Positions 54,301 to 64,000 of a DNA stretch of 64,000 bases are shown piece after piece; within the stretch, counting starts at the first letter, position 1; the number at the start of each line of letters is the position of its first letter. Below the pieces are notes generated by a model, which saw only the letters and a program-made list of their open reading frames with translations, was not told the origin of the DNA and made no database searches. Position numbers and translations under genes: made by a program. The stretch covers positions 25,048,001 to 25,112,000 of the forward strand of contig NC_087253.1 in assembly GCF_037042905.1 (NCBI RefSeq). Reading direction: 5' to 3'. Source of the stretch: Lytechinus pictus (Eukaryota).

Positions 54301-57300
54301 TGTGACATCAGCCCACCTAATGAATATTCATGACGAAGTGCATACAACTGTTTTCACAAAATATTGATAAACTTTAAAATTCAATAACTTCTTGTTATCC
54401 TATTTTGATGAAATTTTCATCATTTTGCTCTGTGAATTTTACTCAAGTATTATTTAGATGTAAATATTTTCGGCCCGGACCATCCCTTTAATCCTCGGAT
54501 AAAATTTTGAATTTCAATTTTTTTTTGCTTTGTCTTGCGTTTTTAAACATGCTCTGGGAACTGCTTTTTGAAAGTTGTCAGCATTAACAAGTTGTCTTTT
54601 TCCGACAGTTACCATAGTAACAGTCAGAGGCCAGTGCTTCTCAGCCAATCAAAAGCAATGATTTCACTGAAATAGTCGGCACTGACAATCATGAAATACC
54701 CATCAGATGTTAGCAGATAATGTGCAACATAGACTCCTAGATACATATATGCAAACATACATAGTCTAAGTCTTTATTATTAAAATAAATGTATAGGTAT
54801 AAGGTCGAGGCAATTTCATCTCTGCGATGTCAATTTCAGAAGTATTCCCAAGACCATGTGAACTTACTATACATGTTGTAATAAAAATGATGATGTGCTG
54901 TCTATCATTTATAATTGAATCATTGAAATATGGAACTTAGAGAAGTTTCACTATCCCATGTATTTTCTTTATGTGCAGATATAATTTTACACCCCTGAAA
55001 TTTTGTATTACGGTATTCACTGTACTTATTATTTTTAATTCCATTGTTTTTTTTTTCTAATCTTCAGATACATCGCATCTACCAGCAAAGATCAAGTGCC
55101 ACTACAGGAAAGGAAGGTACCTGTCTCATGTTTCCTCTTCAGAGCCAGTGAGGGCCCCAAGATCTCAATAAATAATAATTAAAAAAAGACTCGTTTATCA
55201 TTCCTTTAAAAATAGTACATATTGAAGGTAAATGCTTAGATGCATTATATTCAAATTTTGTCTCCAAGCTAGCTTGTAAAAATTGGATTGACTACATATT
55301 TACTGTGTAAGTTAATGATCTTTGTTGACACATAATACAAGAATTATACACAGCATGTTACAGTTTGTAACATAATTTTCTTTCATTAAATTCCCAGTTT
55401 TAATACCATATAGATGTTTTTTGTGACTTGTCATTCTCTGATGTTTTTTGGTACAGATTTCAAGAGACTGAGGGATTGATTTACCAGAGCAAGTTTACAG
55501 TCCAATCCTGTTATATTGTGCATGTGGAAATTAACAAGGTTTCAATACAATGCTACAAATTTACCTTGATTCCTTTCATCAGTCCTATGTGCAAGGATAA
55601 TTATTTCACTTGTCCATGCACATTGTTATAACAGGAGTGGACATTCAATGTAAAGATAATTGAAGATAATTAATTGAAATAAGTTAATAACCGCCTGAGA
55701 GGGGGGGGGGGGTGTTGGCACCAATATTCTAATGTGTGTGTGCGCAAGGAAAACGAAGGAGTGATTATACGAGAAGAGTGAAAGATCAGGAATGTACATA
55801 TCCACATGATTCATTTTTGTTTATGCTATACATTGCAGGGTGTTTCTAACTGGTACCACTTGACAATTTGTGTTTCCAACTGGTCCTAACTGGTGCTTCC
55901 AACTTGTTCTAACTGGCACCAGTTGACAACTGGTGTTTCCAACTGGTTTTAACTGGCACCAGTTGACAACTCATGTTGCCAACTGGTCCTAACTGGCACC
56001 AGTTGACAATTGGTGTTTCCAACTGGTTTTAACTGGCACCAGTTGACAACTCATGTTTCCAACTGGTCCTAACTGGCACCAGTTGACAATTTGTGTTTCC
56101 AACTGGTTTTAACTGGCACCAGTTGACAACTCATGTTTCCAACTGGTCCTAACTGGCACCAGTTTACAATTGGTGTTTCCAACTGGTTTTAACTGGCACC
56201 AGTTGACAACTCGTGTTTCTAACTGGTCCTAACTGGTACCAGTTTCCAACTGGTACCAGTTGCCAACTGGTATTTCCAACTGGTACCAGTTACAATTTGT
56301 CAACTGGATTCCAGTTGATTCCATTATTGGAATCAACTGGATTCCAGTTGATTCCAGTATTCCAATTTCCATATTGAATCCAGTTCGCTAACTGGAATCA
56401 ACTGGTACCAGTACCAGTTGGATGAACTGGTACTTAACTGGTTTTTTTACCTGGGAAGGGAAACATTGTGTGTATAATTCTTACCAAATGTCCCTGCTGT
56501 GCATTAGTTATAGATAATATGAATTTTCACACACAACGACTACAACTATTAAAGGGACTTACCCCAATGATCATGGCACGGAGCTGAGTAAAGACGGAAG
56601 TAGAGAAAGAAAAAGAGATAGAGAACATTATAAACAGAACATGGACTTTGAACCATGTAATAATGTGTGTTTGTTAATTGTAAATCATTTCCTTTGATCA
56701 GCTCTGAACATTCCAAGTAGACAAGAACATTATATAAATAGTTATAGAATGTACTTGCAATGTCAATAGAGTCAAGGTGGGTGTTGTTTATAGAGCTGTT
56801 CGAAAGATAAGAGAGACTTAAGGAACGACCGGTGAACCTTTCTTACGTGCTAAATAATCACCAATGAACATTTAATGATGAATATCATTTCCCAAAAGAA
56901 AGGATCACCAGCAGTTCATAAAGTCACTCATAACTTACAAAGAGCTTATGAAACGGCCCCTGGGAGTAAAACTCAAACCATTGAAACATTTGATCAGTTT
57001 ACCAAAAATCAGCAACCGAATACAACTTTTTACACTAAATCTAATGTTTGCCGGATGTTAATTACTGATTTCAAATAATGCCACAATGAAAGGTCAATAC
57101 AGGTACTTACATATCGTTTATCCAATGCATCAAATGCCCCTTTCATCCATTTAATGACTTGGCATGCTCCCGGACAGGCGCTGTCATCTCGAAGAATCTT
57201 CAGATTTAGATCTATGAACGAATAGTGTATGATTTACTGTACAATCCAAAGCAATGTATCATAAAATTCTGACATCCCCATTGGAATTGTGTGCATACGA

Positions 57301-58696
57301 TTTGCATGTGCCAGTAATGGTGATGGCCTCCCATATGATGATTTAATACATTAATAAACAATTGCATGGATTTTGGACAACTATGTCTGCATCCAATAGG
57401 AAAAGAAAAAACAGATTATACAAATTCTTTAAGGTGAAAAGCCCAATAATAAATAAGGTTTCCATCAAAAATACTACAGATCTGTGCTTCATCAGCCTTT
57501 CATTGATTTTGTTGTATTTTCCTTTGACAGGTTCTCAGTGCTCTTTTGAAGATCAGGGGCCCATCTTACAAAGAATTGCATTTGATCAGTACAATTGCAA
57601 CTATGGAAAGCCAGCATTGCACACATCTAAAATGCATGTTTGTTCCAAAAAAATTTTTCTAGATATGATGTATATTCATACATTCGTTTTATTGAAAATT
57701 TGGTGTGTTCGCCTTTATTTACAAAGGACATTTTGCAAATTTCCTGTAGAAAAAATTATGACACCGATGGATTTCCATAGAGTTACGATTGATTGGATCA
57801 AACGTAACTCATTGTAAGACAGGGCCCAGGGGAATATTTCATGAAATAAATCTATTTTTCACTGACTAATTTACTCTGAACCAATCAGATGCAAGCATTC
57901 AGTAGCTTATAACAAATAGTGAAAATACCGTTTCACGAAATACATAATGTAGGCATATACAGATAAAACTTAATCCCATTAATAGACCTACAGTTGAATA
58001 TCCGCAATATCCTTTGAAATGTTTCAAGTAGAGCTGGGAAAGAATTTAAGATAAACTTTGCCAAATAGACATACCTTCAAGAGATCTGTCACCAAATGCA
58101 TGTTCTGGGAAGATTGTCCTCAAATAAGTCACAGTAGAGACGGCTACAGCCAGGAGTTTCTTCACAAAGATGGCCGACTGCTGTTGGGTAACTTGGTCTG
58201 GAGGGAAGATGGCTGACCACTGAGGAAGACAAGAGACATACAAATTGAGTTTATTCATTTTAATCATGTTATTGTTGGTAAGAAGTTTTATTGACAACTG
58301 ACAACTGATGAAATTAGTTGACACTGAATCATTGAAGGAGCAGGGTTCAAATCCTTACTTGATTAAGTATTGAGAAAATAAAATCATTCTAGTCATTTAA
58401 AGATGCTACCAATTGTTTTGAGGGTAATGTCACTCCTGTGGACTTATTCAAGTCAAGCGATGGGTAACAGCTAGGAATTTGTAATACTGTCCCCTTTTTG
58501 TGATCAATGGACAAAAAAATGGTCATCATATTCATCATCATGATCACCAATATCATCATCATCGTCGTCATGGCCATCATCATTCATCACCATCAACATC
58601 ATAATACCTACATGTATTTGTTTTTAATCCAAACATACTAAAAAAGCTTACCTGGCCAGTTTTTGTCTTTTGTCGTATCGCCGTTGCAACTGCCAT
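30314..58696 (-). CDS. HORMAD1: Meiotic HORMA-domain protein (HORMAD1/Hop1 type), 599 aa, 18 coding exons: 58696-58652, 58219-58075, 57211-57111, 56583-56563, 46272-46246, 45649-45582, 44924-44773, 44235-44132, 39319-39309, 38250-38100, 37614-37536, 37180-37071, 36213-36097, 34924-34695, 33912-33726, 32951-32853, 32155-32102, 30412-30314
   Basis: HORMA domain (WSAIFPPDQVTQQQSAIFVKKLLAVAVSTVTYLRTIFPEHAFGDR; WMKGAFDALDKRYL; MKLLYYDDVTPMDYEPPGF; NLRVGEVTTPFH), PHD finger (CPC...CEKCHYWQHAVC...CNQC), winged-helix-like segment, and C-terminal SQE...KRRKSS. All exon phases close to give 1800 nt. An extra in-frame exon in the N gap 32352-32823 cannot be excluded, and HORMAD1 versus HORMAD2 naming is not resolvable from sequence alone. 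Confidence 0.93.
30767..31240. mobile_element. MITE, TIR CAGAGCTGCCAA/TTGGCAGGTCTG, 6-bp TSD GGAATG
   Basis: Imperfect TIR and TSD visible. Confidence 0.75.
31437..31887. mobile_element. MITE, TIR CAGGGTGCTACATAA, 7-bp TSD CCTAAAA
   Basis: Perfect 15-bp TIR; internal ACTTGCCCG/CGGGCAAGT motifs. Confidence 0.85.
35390..36190. repeat. ~200-bp tandem repeat made of the 3' part of the HORMAD PHD exon plus its donor and intron
   Basis: CTTACCCTGCCACATTG at 36092, 35890 and 35704, degenerate at 35500. Confidence 0.9.
37262..37511. repeat. (AGAC/AGAT/AAAG)n microsatellite
   Basis: Direct inspection. Confidence 0.85.
39309..39319 (-). CDS. HORMAD1: 11-nt coding microexon of HORMAD (CCCTTCCACAC, P-F-H-T)
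   Basis: tcctttcag|CCCTTCCACAC|gtaagt. It is required to bridge the phase-0 donor at 44132 and the phase-2 acceptor at 38250, and it supplies the conserved PFH. Confidence 0.9.
40184..43665. mobile_element. TTAA-flanked non-autonomous element (Kolobok-like termini AGGGGAATCCA), split by a nested insertion
   Basis: ttaa|aggggaatcca...tggattcccct|ttaa. Confidence 0.8.
40642..43525. mobile_element. 2.9-kb nested DNA transposon (hAT/P-like), TIR CAACGTTCTCGCCA, 8-bp TSD GTGATTAC
   Basis: Perfect 14-bp TIR; identical 8-bp duplication at 40634-40641 and 43526-43533; subterminal TTCACGGTTGTCGG repeats; no intact ORF. Confidence 0.9.
43873..44033. mobile_element. Short MITE carrying a GTTACTATGGTAAC palindrome and CCAAT
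   Basis: gtttcatc(a)...atgaaacgcccccc arms; related sequence at 54570-54700. Confidence 0.65.
45137..45408. mobile_element. ~270-bp MITE, TIR GGGCCCCGTCTTACAAAGAG
   Basis: Perfect TIR; second copy at 57556-57827. Confidence 0.85.
47283..47527 (-). mobile_element. tRNA-derived SINE, diverged relative of 3997-4268
   Basis: TGGCTCAGTGG / GGTTCAAATCC boxes; shared body ACCCAGGTG...AAATGGGTACC. Confidence 0.75.
48175..48357. mobile_element. ~185-bp palindromic MITE (GTTTCATAAAGCTG...CAGCTTTATGAAAC family)
   Basis: Long inverted arms; related copies at 21672-21852, 21853-22040, 43740-43873 and 56776-56961. Confidence 0.8.
48735..49820. repeat. Left subterminal repeat array (CCAGTT/AACTGG motifs, about 160-170-bp higher-order unit)
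   Basis: CCACTTGAAACCCATTA(A)CCATACTGGAAT recurs near 49249, 49409, 49579 and 49738. Confidence 0.85.
51380..51673 (+). promoter_or_regulatory. Transposon-internal Pol II promoter and first exon
   Basis: GC box at 51385, perfect NRF1 palindrome TGCGCATGCGCA at 51394-51405, octamer ATGCAAAT at 51440-51447, CCAAT at 51486, tandem TTTGAA at 51495-51506, consensus donor CAG|gtaagt at 51668. Confidence 0.6.
52556..52702. mobile_element. MITE with CAGGGGCCGCGGAAC TIRs, 5-bp TSD (TAAAA)
   Basis: TIR pair and TSD visible; second family member at 62867-63012. Confidence 0.85.
53903..54487. mobile_element. TTAA-flanked MITE nested in the 7.7-kb element
   Basis: ttaa|agggatggtcc...ggaccatccct|ttaa. 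Confidence 0.85.
55840..56455. repeat. Right subterminal array: 40-bp tandem units alternating as an 80-bp dimer
   Basis: AACTGGCACCAGTTGACAA(C/T)T...GTTTCCAACTGGT(TT/CC)T repeated from 55911 to about 56240. Confidence 0.9.
57556..57827. mobile_element. Second copy of the 45137-45408 MITE
   Basis: Colinear similarity and TIR remnants. Confidence 0.8.
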
Positions 58697-60994
58697 GGTT
58701 CTGGATAAATTACTAATTAAGAATGAGAAAGAGAATTATAAATGAATACTGGTAAACAGCTTTACATGTATCAGTTTACATTATACTTGGTTTTGCTTAC
58801 AATTCAGAATTTTTCTTTCATATTCTGCAAGGCTCAAATAACTCCAAGGATGGCGTTGTGACTTATTTAAAGCCCATCTCATTGACAATGGAAAATGTTT
58901 GTTCCCATTCAAATTTTTCGTATTTGTGTTGCTCAAGCTTGGTGTTGCTACACTTTTACGTGTCAATTTTAGTACTTGGTGCTGTCAGTTTTACAAGGAT
59001 GAGTCTTTCTGCCTGTACCCTAAAGATGCTGAGGGGGAGGTGAATCAACCCCCCTCAACATTTATCGTGACCATTCCGCTGCGCAAAATTTTTTGACTGC
59101 GCCGCACACTGACTTTTCACTTTTAAGTCTTGCACATCTTTTGAGACCAAATTCACGATGCCTGGGTATGCGGTTTGAAAATTAAGCTATATTACATAAG
59201 TGCATGTCAGACCCAAAATTGCTCTAAAACGTTTGGGTACAAAGTCACTTGATGTAAATTGAATTTTCTCACCTTATTCTTTAAGATATGATTACTTTTA
59301 CTTTTATCAGCTGAAATTTATTGATTTTAGCATTTTAATTATGCTTCAAAAAAGTTGTGCTATAAATTTGGCAAAAAAAACAAAGAAATACAAAAGAAAT
59401 TCATAAAAAAATAAAATACATAAGAAATTCATTTTCAAACCAGGATTTTTTTTCTCATATGTAATTGTTAACAGCGGTATAAAGAATATTTACACCAAAA
59501 ATTAGCACTCTACAATGAATCATGATCATGAGCTTTTTATAGTGAATTAGAGCAAAAAGTATGATTTACGCATAAATTAGCATAATTAATTCATATTTAA
59601 AATCTGATGATTTCAGAAAAATCATCCATACAGCAGAGGCGGCAGAACGTCATGCTCACACAAAGAAAGTGGAGGGGCACCTTCATGTATTGTTTGGCAG
59701 ACAATTAAAAGGTGCCCCTCCACTTTCTTTGTCAGAGCCTGATGTTCGGCCGCCTCTGGCTCTGCCATACAGCCTTGTACATCGATCCACTCTATTTTCA
59801 TGCCCCTTTTCACAGCATTCGCACAATCGGCAGCCGAGGTCTGGGGGGGGGGTTGACTCAATAATATCAATATGAACATATTTTAGAAGTTAAGGCAAAA
59901 GAAATAGATTTTTTTTGCATGATAAATCGAGTGCGTTTCTTTATAGGAACCCTTCTACATTGGGCGACAAAATCAAGAGGTGTTCGGAAAACTTGTGAGT
60001 GTGAGTTTTGTGATATTTTCTTCTTGGCCTTGGGTAAGGTCAGGATCTTTAGAATATTTATCACAAATTAGTGAAAAACAATTTGTTCAAACATTAAAAT
60101 TGGCCTAGTTTTTATCATTTGTAAAAAAAGTGCATAGCTTTATTAGGTCCCCACCCCATCATACACAACACAGCATTTGATCCGAGTTCAATTTCTGATG
60201 TCTTAACGTTCAACGGCCACCGCTCAATTAGTAGGCCTATGTCGGCACCCGGATGGCGACCACGCGGGCTTGAGCGTATTTAACGTTAGGCCTTAGGGCG
60301 AGTGAAAAGTTAGAAGGCACCGCCAGAATCTTAACTCCGCATTAAATCTTCAGCAATTCCCTCAAAACCAGTGCCAGCCCGTATGAGGCCCCCGTTTTTT
60401 GTCTCGCCCGCGGCACATACCTACTACTTTTTTGGTCGAGAACCCCCCCCCCCCCCCTGGGGCGGGGCCACTCCAACCGGTGCCCGGGTAAAATTGGCTA
60501 AAATTAAAAACATCGCCACCCTGACCCTGTGCAGGCTAATTTTAATTTGGGAGTTGTGAACTGTGTTACTACGTATTAAAGTCCTATACGGTAGTATACG
60601 TTAGTCAAACTAAGGAAAGTGATGATACCTCCTCGTTCCAACTCTGTCTGTCTCTGTGAGTGCAGACAGTGCAGGAGTGCCAGTGCCAGTGCAGGTAGAC
60701 GGCCAGCGCCAAGCGGCGTCCAACGGTACCTTCATCGCTGCCTGCGCCGGGAGCAACCCGTGCATGTCGAGCTCGAGCGCTGCACCTCGTATGGAAACGC
60801 TGCTGCCAGGAATTTGAAGGAGTTGACGGACGAGCGACAAACGTAAACACGAGAAATCAACTTCGACAACGTATAACATTCAATCTTAATCCCTTCTTTT
60901 TCACTCTCATCCACACAATCCCATCTTCCATGCATTACTCTTTCAATCACAACCAAGTTTACATCTAAAGTAGATGTAAAAGTACTTTAAAGAT

Positions 60995-61160
60995 CATACC
61001 AATCGGCAATTAATCAGGCGGCAGGCGACAATAATCAATAACTTTCGATCACGATATCGATCGCATACCGTACATAATAATCGTAGAAGAAAAGTTCAAT
61101 GCCCTATATCCCTAGAGGTTTTTGAAAAAATACTTGTTCCTAATTTCGCGCCATTTTTCA
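60995..61160 (-). promoter_or_regulatory. Putative HORMAD promoter and first non-coding exon
   Basis: E2F-type TTTCGCGCC at 61144-61152, CHR-like TTTGAA near 61120, minus-strand donor gtatga at 60999, CpG-richer region 60200-61160; acceptor at 58701 just before the ATG. Confidence 0.4.
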
Positions 61161-61207
61161 GTTCATCTTCAATCGTCTGTTTAGAAAGATAAACTTCTAA
61201 AAATCTA

Positions 61208-62270
61208 CAGGCGCGGATCCAGGAGGGGGCCGAGCCGGCCCCGGCCCCCCCTATTTTTTGACAACCTGCAGAAAAAAGTGTACTCTTTAACTTGATTGAA
61301 ATTATGAAAAACAGAAAGAAAAGTAATAAAGAGGTAGCATACCCATGATGTGTAATTTACAGCCTCGTAACGGCCGGCCCGACCCCGAAAGGAAACAAGA
61401 AAAAGGTGAGGGAAGAATTGGAAAATAGACTTTATATAAAAAATTTCGCTCGCACTTCGCACTCGCATTGCCTGTGTAATGAATCCCATTCAAGAGGATT
61501 AAATGGCACTTATATATCCAGTTCTGAAATCAATTTGCACACAATATTTTAGCTCGCACATCAAGCTTTCATTAATTTGTTTGATTTACACAAATTGTTA
61601 GTATATATCCCAATTTTCAGCTCGTGCTGCGCGCTCGCATTGTTTGATTTGTGAGTTACCTATCCTCTTTGGAAATTCTTACCAAAATTTGTCCAAATGC
61701 TCCTTTATCATGTCAATCAAAAATCAATCAAAAAATTAAGCTCGTGCTTCGCGCTCGCATTTAATTGCTTGAGAATACAGATTTGTTCTTTATTAAAATA
61801 AAAACGCGCTTAGACTGTCCAGTTTTCAGGTCGGAATATCACAAATTTTTAGCTCGCGCTTCGCACTCTCATTATTTAATTGGTGATACTTGTAATCCTC
61901 TTCATTGAATCCTCTTTTCACGTTACTATAATAAAATTTCGACTCGCGCTTCGCGTTCGCATTGTTTAGTTGGATACTTATCTTTTTTCATGATTATAAA
62001 ATCTCCTCAGAATCTTCAGGTCTTGGGACATAAAATATCAAAGAATTTGAGCCCGCGCTTCGCGCTCGCATTATATATTAAGACCACATGAGATACCTTA
62101 ACTTGTTTATAACAATAAAAACTAACATATACTTAAAACTTCAGTCTTTAGTTAGGACTACCCCCTGAAAAACCAACAAAAAATCTGATTATATAGCGGC
62201 CAATCGAGAAAAATGTTGATGAAAATATTTTTCGGCCCCCCCCTATTGGCGAAAGCTGGATCCGCCCCTG
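61208..62270. mobile_element. Non-autonomous TIR element with internal ~120-bp tandem repeats, 5-bp TSD (ATCTA)
   Basis: CAGGCGCGGATCCAG...CTGGATCCGCCCCTG; recurring GCTCGCGCTTCGCGCTCGCATT motif. Confidence 0.85.
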
Positions 62271-62866
62271 ATCTAGGTACCGATGGCGAGCTGGGGCTCG
62301 GGGGTAGGATTACATTTATTCATGTATTTGTTTTATCTAATTGAAGCTTAACTTGAAGCAAGGGAGATATGCCCGGACATGTCAGTAATAAATTTGCATT
62401 GATTCTCAGCCATTTTGAGTCTAACCTGGAGATATGCCAGCTAGATGAAAGACCGGGGTAAAAAATGAGCAAATCATTTTTATGGGATTTGAGTTTCAGA
62501 TGATTGTAGCACATTTCAGAAAATATGTGAGTTCGTGAAAAAGTGGCCTAAAAACCACAATTTCTATAGAATTATTCTGTCTTTAGCTTTTCGATTTTTG
62601 TCCACCTTATCAGTTGAGAAAAAAATTGTTAAAGTCAGAATTAAAAGAAGTCAATCCTGACAAAATAATAAAGGCATTCTGATTCAAAATATAAGTTTTA
62701 AAAGAATAATCAAAGCCAATAGACATGATAGACCTAATCAAGTTAATTTTGTTTTTGACTTGAAATGGTCTACCACTCCGATTTCACAGGTTTTGATGGA
62801 AAAATACCCCCCCCTCTCTCTCACTTTCCAAGCTCACCCTTCATTACCCCACTCTCACATCCCTTC

Positions 62867-63012
62867 CAGGGGCCGCGGAACGGTTTTCAAAGTGGGGGCC
62901 GATCATGCAAAAAATCACAATCATATGGTCATTTTTACGTTTTTGCACACGGTTTGGGAAAAAAGTGGGGGGAGGGGGGCTTCAGCCCCCCCCCCCTTTT
63001 CCGCAGCCCCTG
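62867..63012. mobile_element. MITE, same family as 52556-52702, opposite orientation, 5-bp TSD (CCTTC)
   Basis: caggggccgcggaa...ttccgcagcccctg flanked by ccttc on both sides. Confidence 0.85.
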
Positions 63013-64000
63013 CCTTCCCTCCCTCTATTTCTCTCTCTCTCCCTCTTTCCACTCCATTCCTTTTCTCTCTCTAACCTCCTATTCAGTCATCTCAGCCGAT
63101 ATTCACTACTTCACTCCATGGCCCTGTGAACTTCTTTTTCTTATGTTGGTTTGAGTGGCGATTAATCATATTTGACTATTAATTTTCACCATGTTTATAA
63201 CGTGAGGGTGCTGAGGTAAATTTGAAAAGGAAAAAAAAGTTTCACTGCAAAATGGTCAAATTAGTCCCAAGAAATTTGAAGAAAGAGAGAGAAAAAAAAG
63301 GTTTCACCAAAAAATAAGGACATTTGGTCACATTTTAAAATTTTTACACATCTTCCAGAATACCTGGGGGTGCTGCCTCCTGGTGCTGCCTATGGAAAAT
63401 AATAAACGCAACACCCCCACAGAAATTTTGGGAAATGCTTCAGCACCCCCGCTTCCCAGGGCCATGATTCACTCTTAATTCAAGCTAAAAAAATATGAAA
63501 TAATGTTTTTTTTTACTGTTGGATTAGTCCAATTTTATTTGTTCCTATAACATAATGAAAGGGAAGCCAAGACTACAATACAGTATCATTGCTCCAAACT
63601 AAAAGTTCATTGACCTTTCAGGGAAGGGTTGATAAAAGGATCTTAAAGGTGTTTCAATGAGTGATTTGTCAGTAGTTTTCAAAGCCAGGTGTTATAAGCT
63701 ATAGAAATCATTGTAGCTGATTGGCTAAAAGAGTTTTTGTCAGTAAAAATTTGTTCATGAAACACTTCCCACATCACTCATTTTTTTCATATTGGCAACA
63801 CTAATATTATAAATCCGTTTTTTTTCAATGATGGAACAAACCATGAAATACAATCAAAATATTTTTTGTTGGGAACAAATTCTAATAAAGGAAAAAGTAA
63901 ATATATATGACTAATTCTATAAATAAAGAGAATAAAAAAAATATGAATCAATCATATATATTTGAGTCAATCAGAAAATAATTATTTTTTCTTGTTTTTA

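Larger units (their letters stand above)
51560..55650 (+). ncRNA. Putative spliced non-coding transcript inside the transposon (exons about 51560-51667, 52262-52446, 53264-about 53365, 55068-55227, 55457 onward), antisense to HORMAD
   Basis: GC-richer blocks bounded by pyrimidine-tract/AG acceptors and GT donors, all on the + strand; only very short ORFs across the junctions. Confidence 0.4.
48735..56455. mobile_element. 7.7-kb non-autonomous TIR DNA transposon (CMC/EnSpm-like) in HORMAD intron 4
   Basis: Perfect 20-bp TIR CCCAGGTAAAAAAACCAGTT, 2-bp flanking duplication AA, long subterminal arrays of AACTGG/CCAGTT motifs at both ends; no transposase ORF seen. Confidence 0.85.

Noticed and set aside
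55840-56300. CRISPR-like regular repeat array
   Set aside because: Eukaryotic context; the intervening segments are themselves repeated rather than unique spacers; it is a transposon subterminal array.

Overview
Eukaryotic, AT-rich, intron-containing animal DNA with four N gaps next to (CAT/ATG)n tracts. Gene content and repeat style suggest a marine invertebrate deuterostome such as a sea urchin (inference only). I built four spliced genes by hand from GT-AG sites and reading-frame continuity. (1) A PNPLA/patatin-family gene on the minus strand, of which only the first coding exon lies in the window. (2) A divergently oriented PNPLA4-like paralog (+, 4 coding exons, about 323 aa) whose catalytic motifs are degenerate. 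(3) ROPN1L (+, 5 coding exons, 223 aa) with an RFX X-box/NRF1 promoter. (4) A meiotic HORMAD1/Hop1-type gene (-, 18 coding exons, 599 aa) with HORMA, PHD, winged-helix and closure-motif regions and 11-, 21- and 27-nt microexons. Introns are dense with non-autonomous DNA transposons, MITEs and tRNA-derived SINEs. The most unusual object is a 7.7-kb terminal-inverted-repeat element in HORMAD intron 4. It carries its own compact promoter and an apparently spliced non-coding unit antisense to HORMAD. Most ORFs in the supplied track are spurious.
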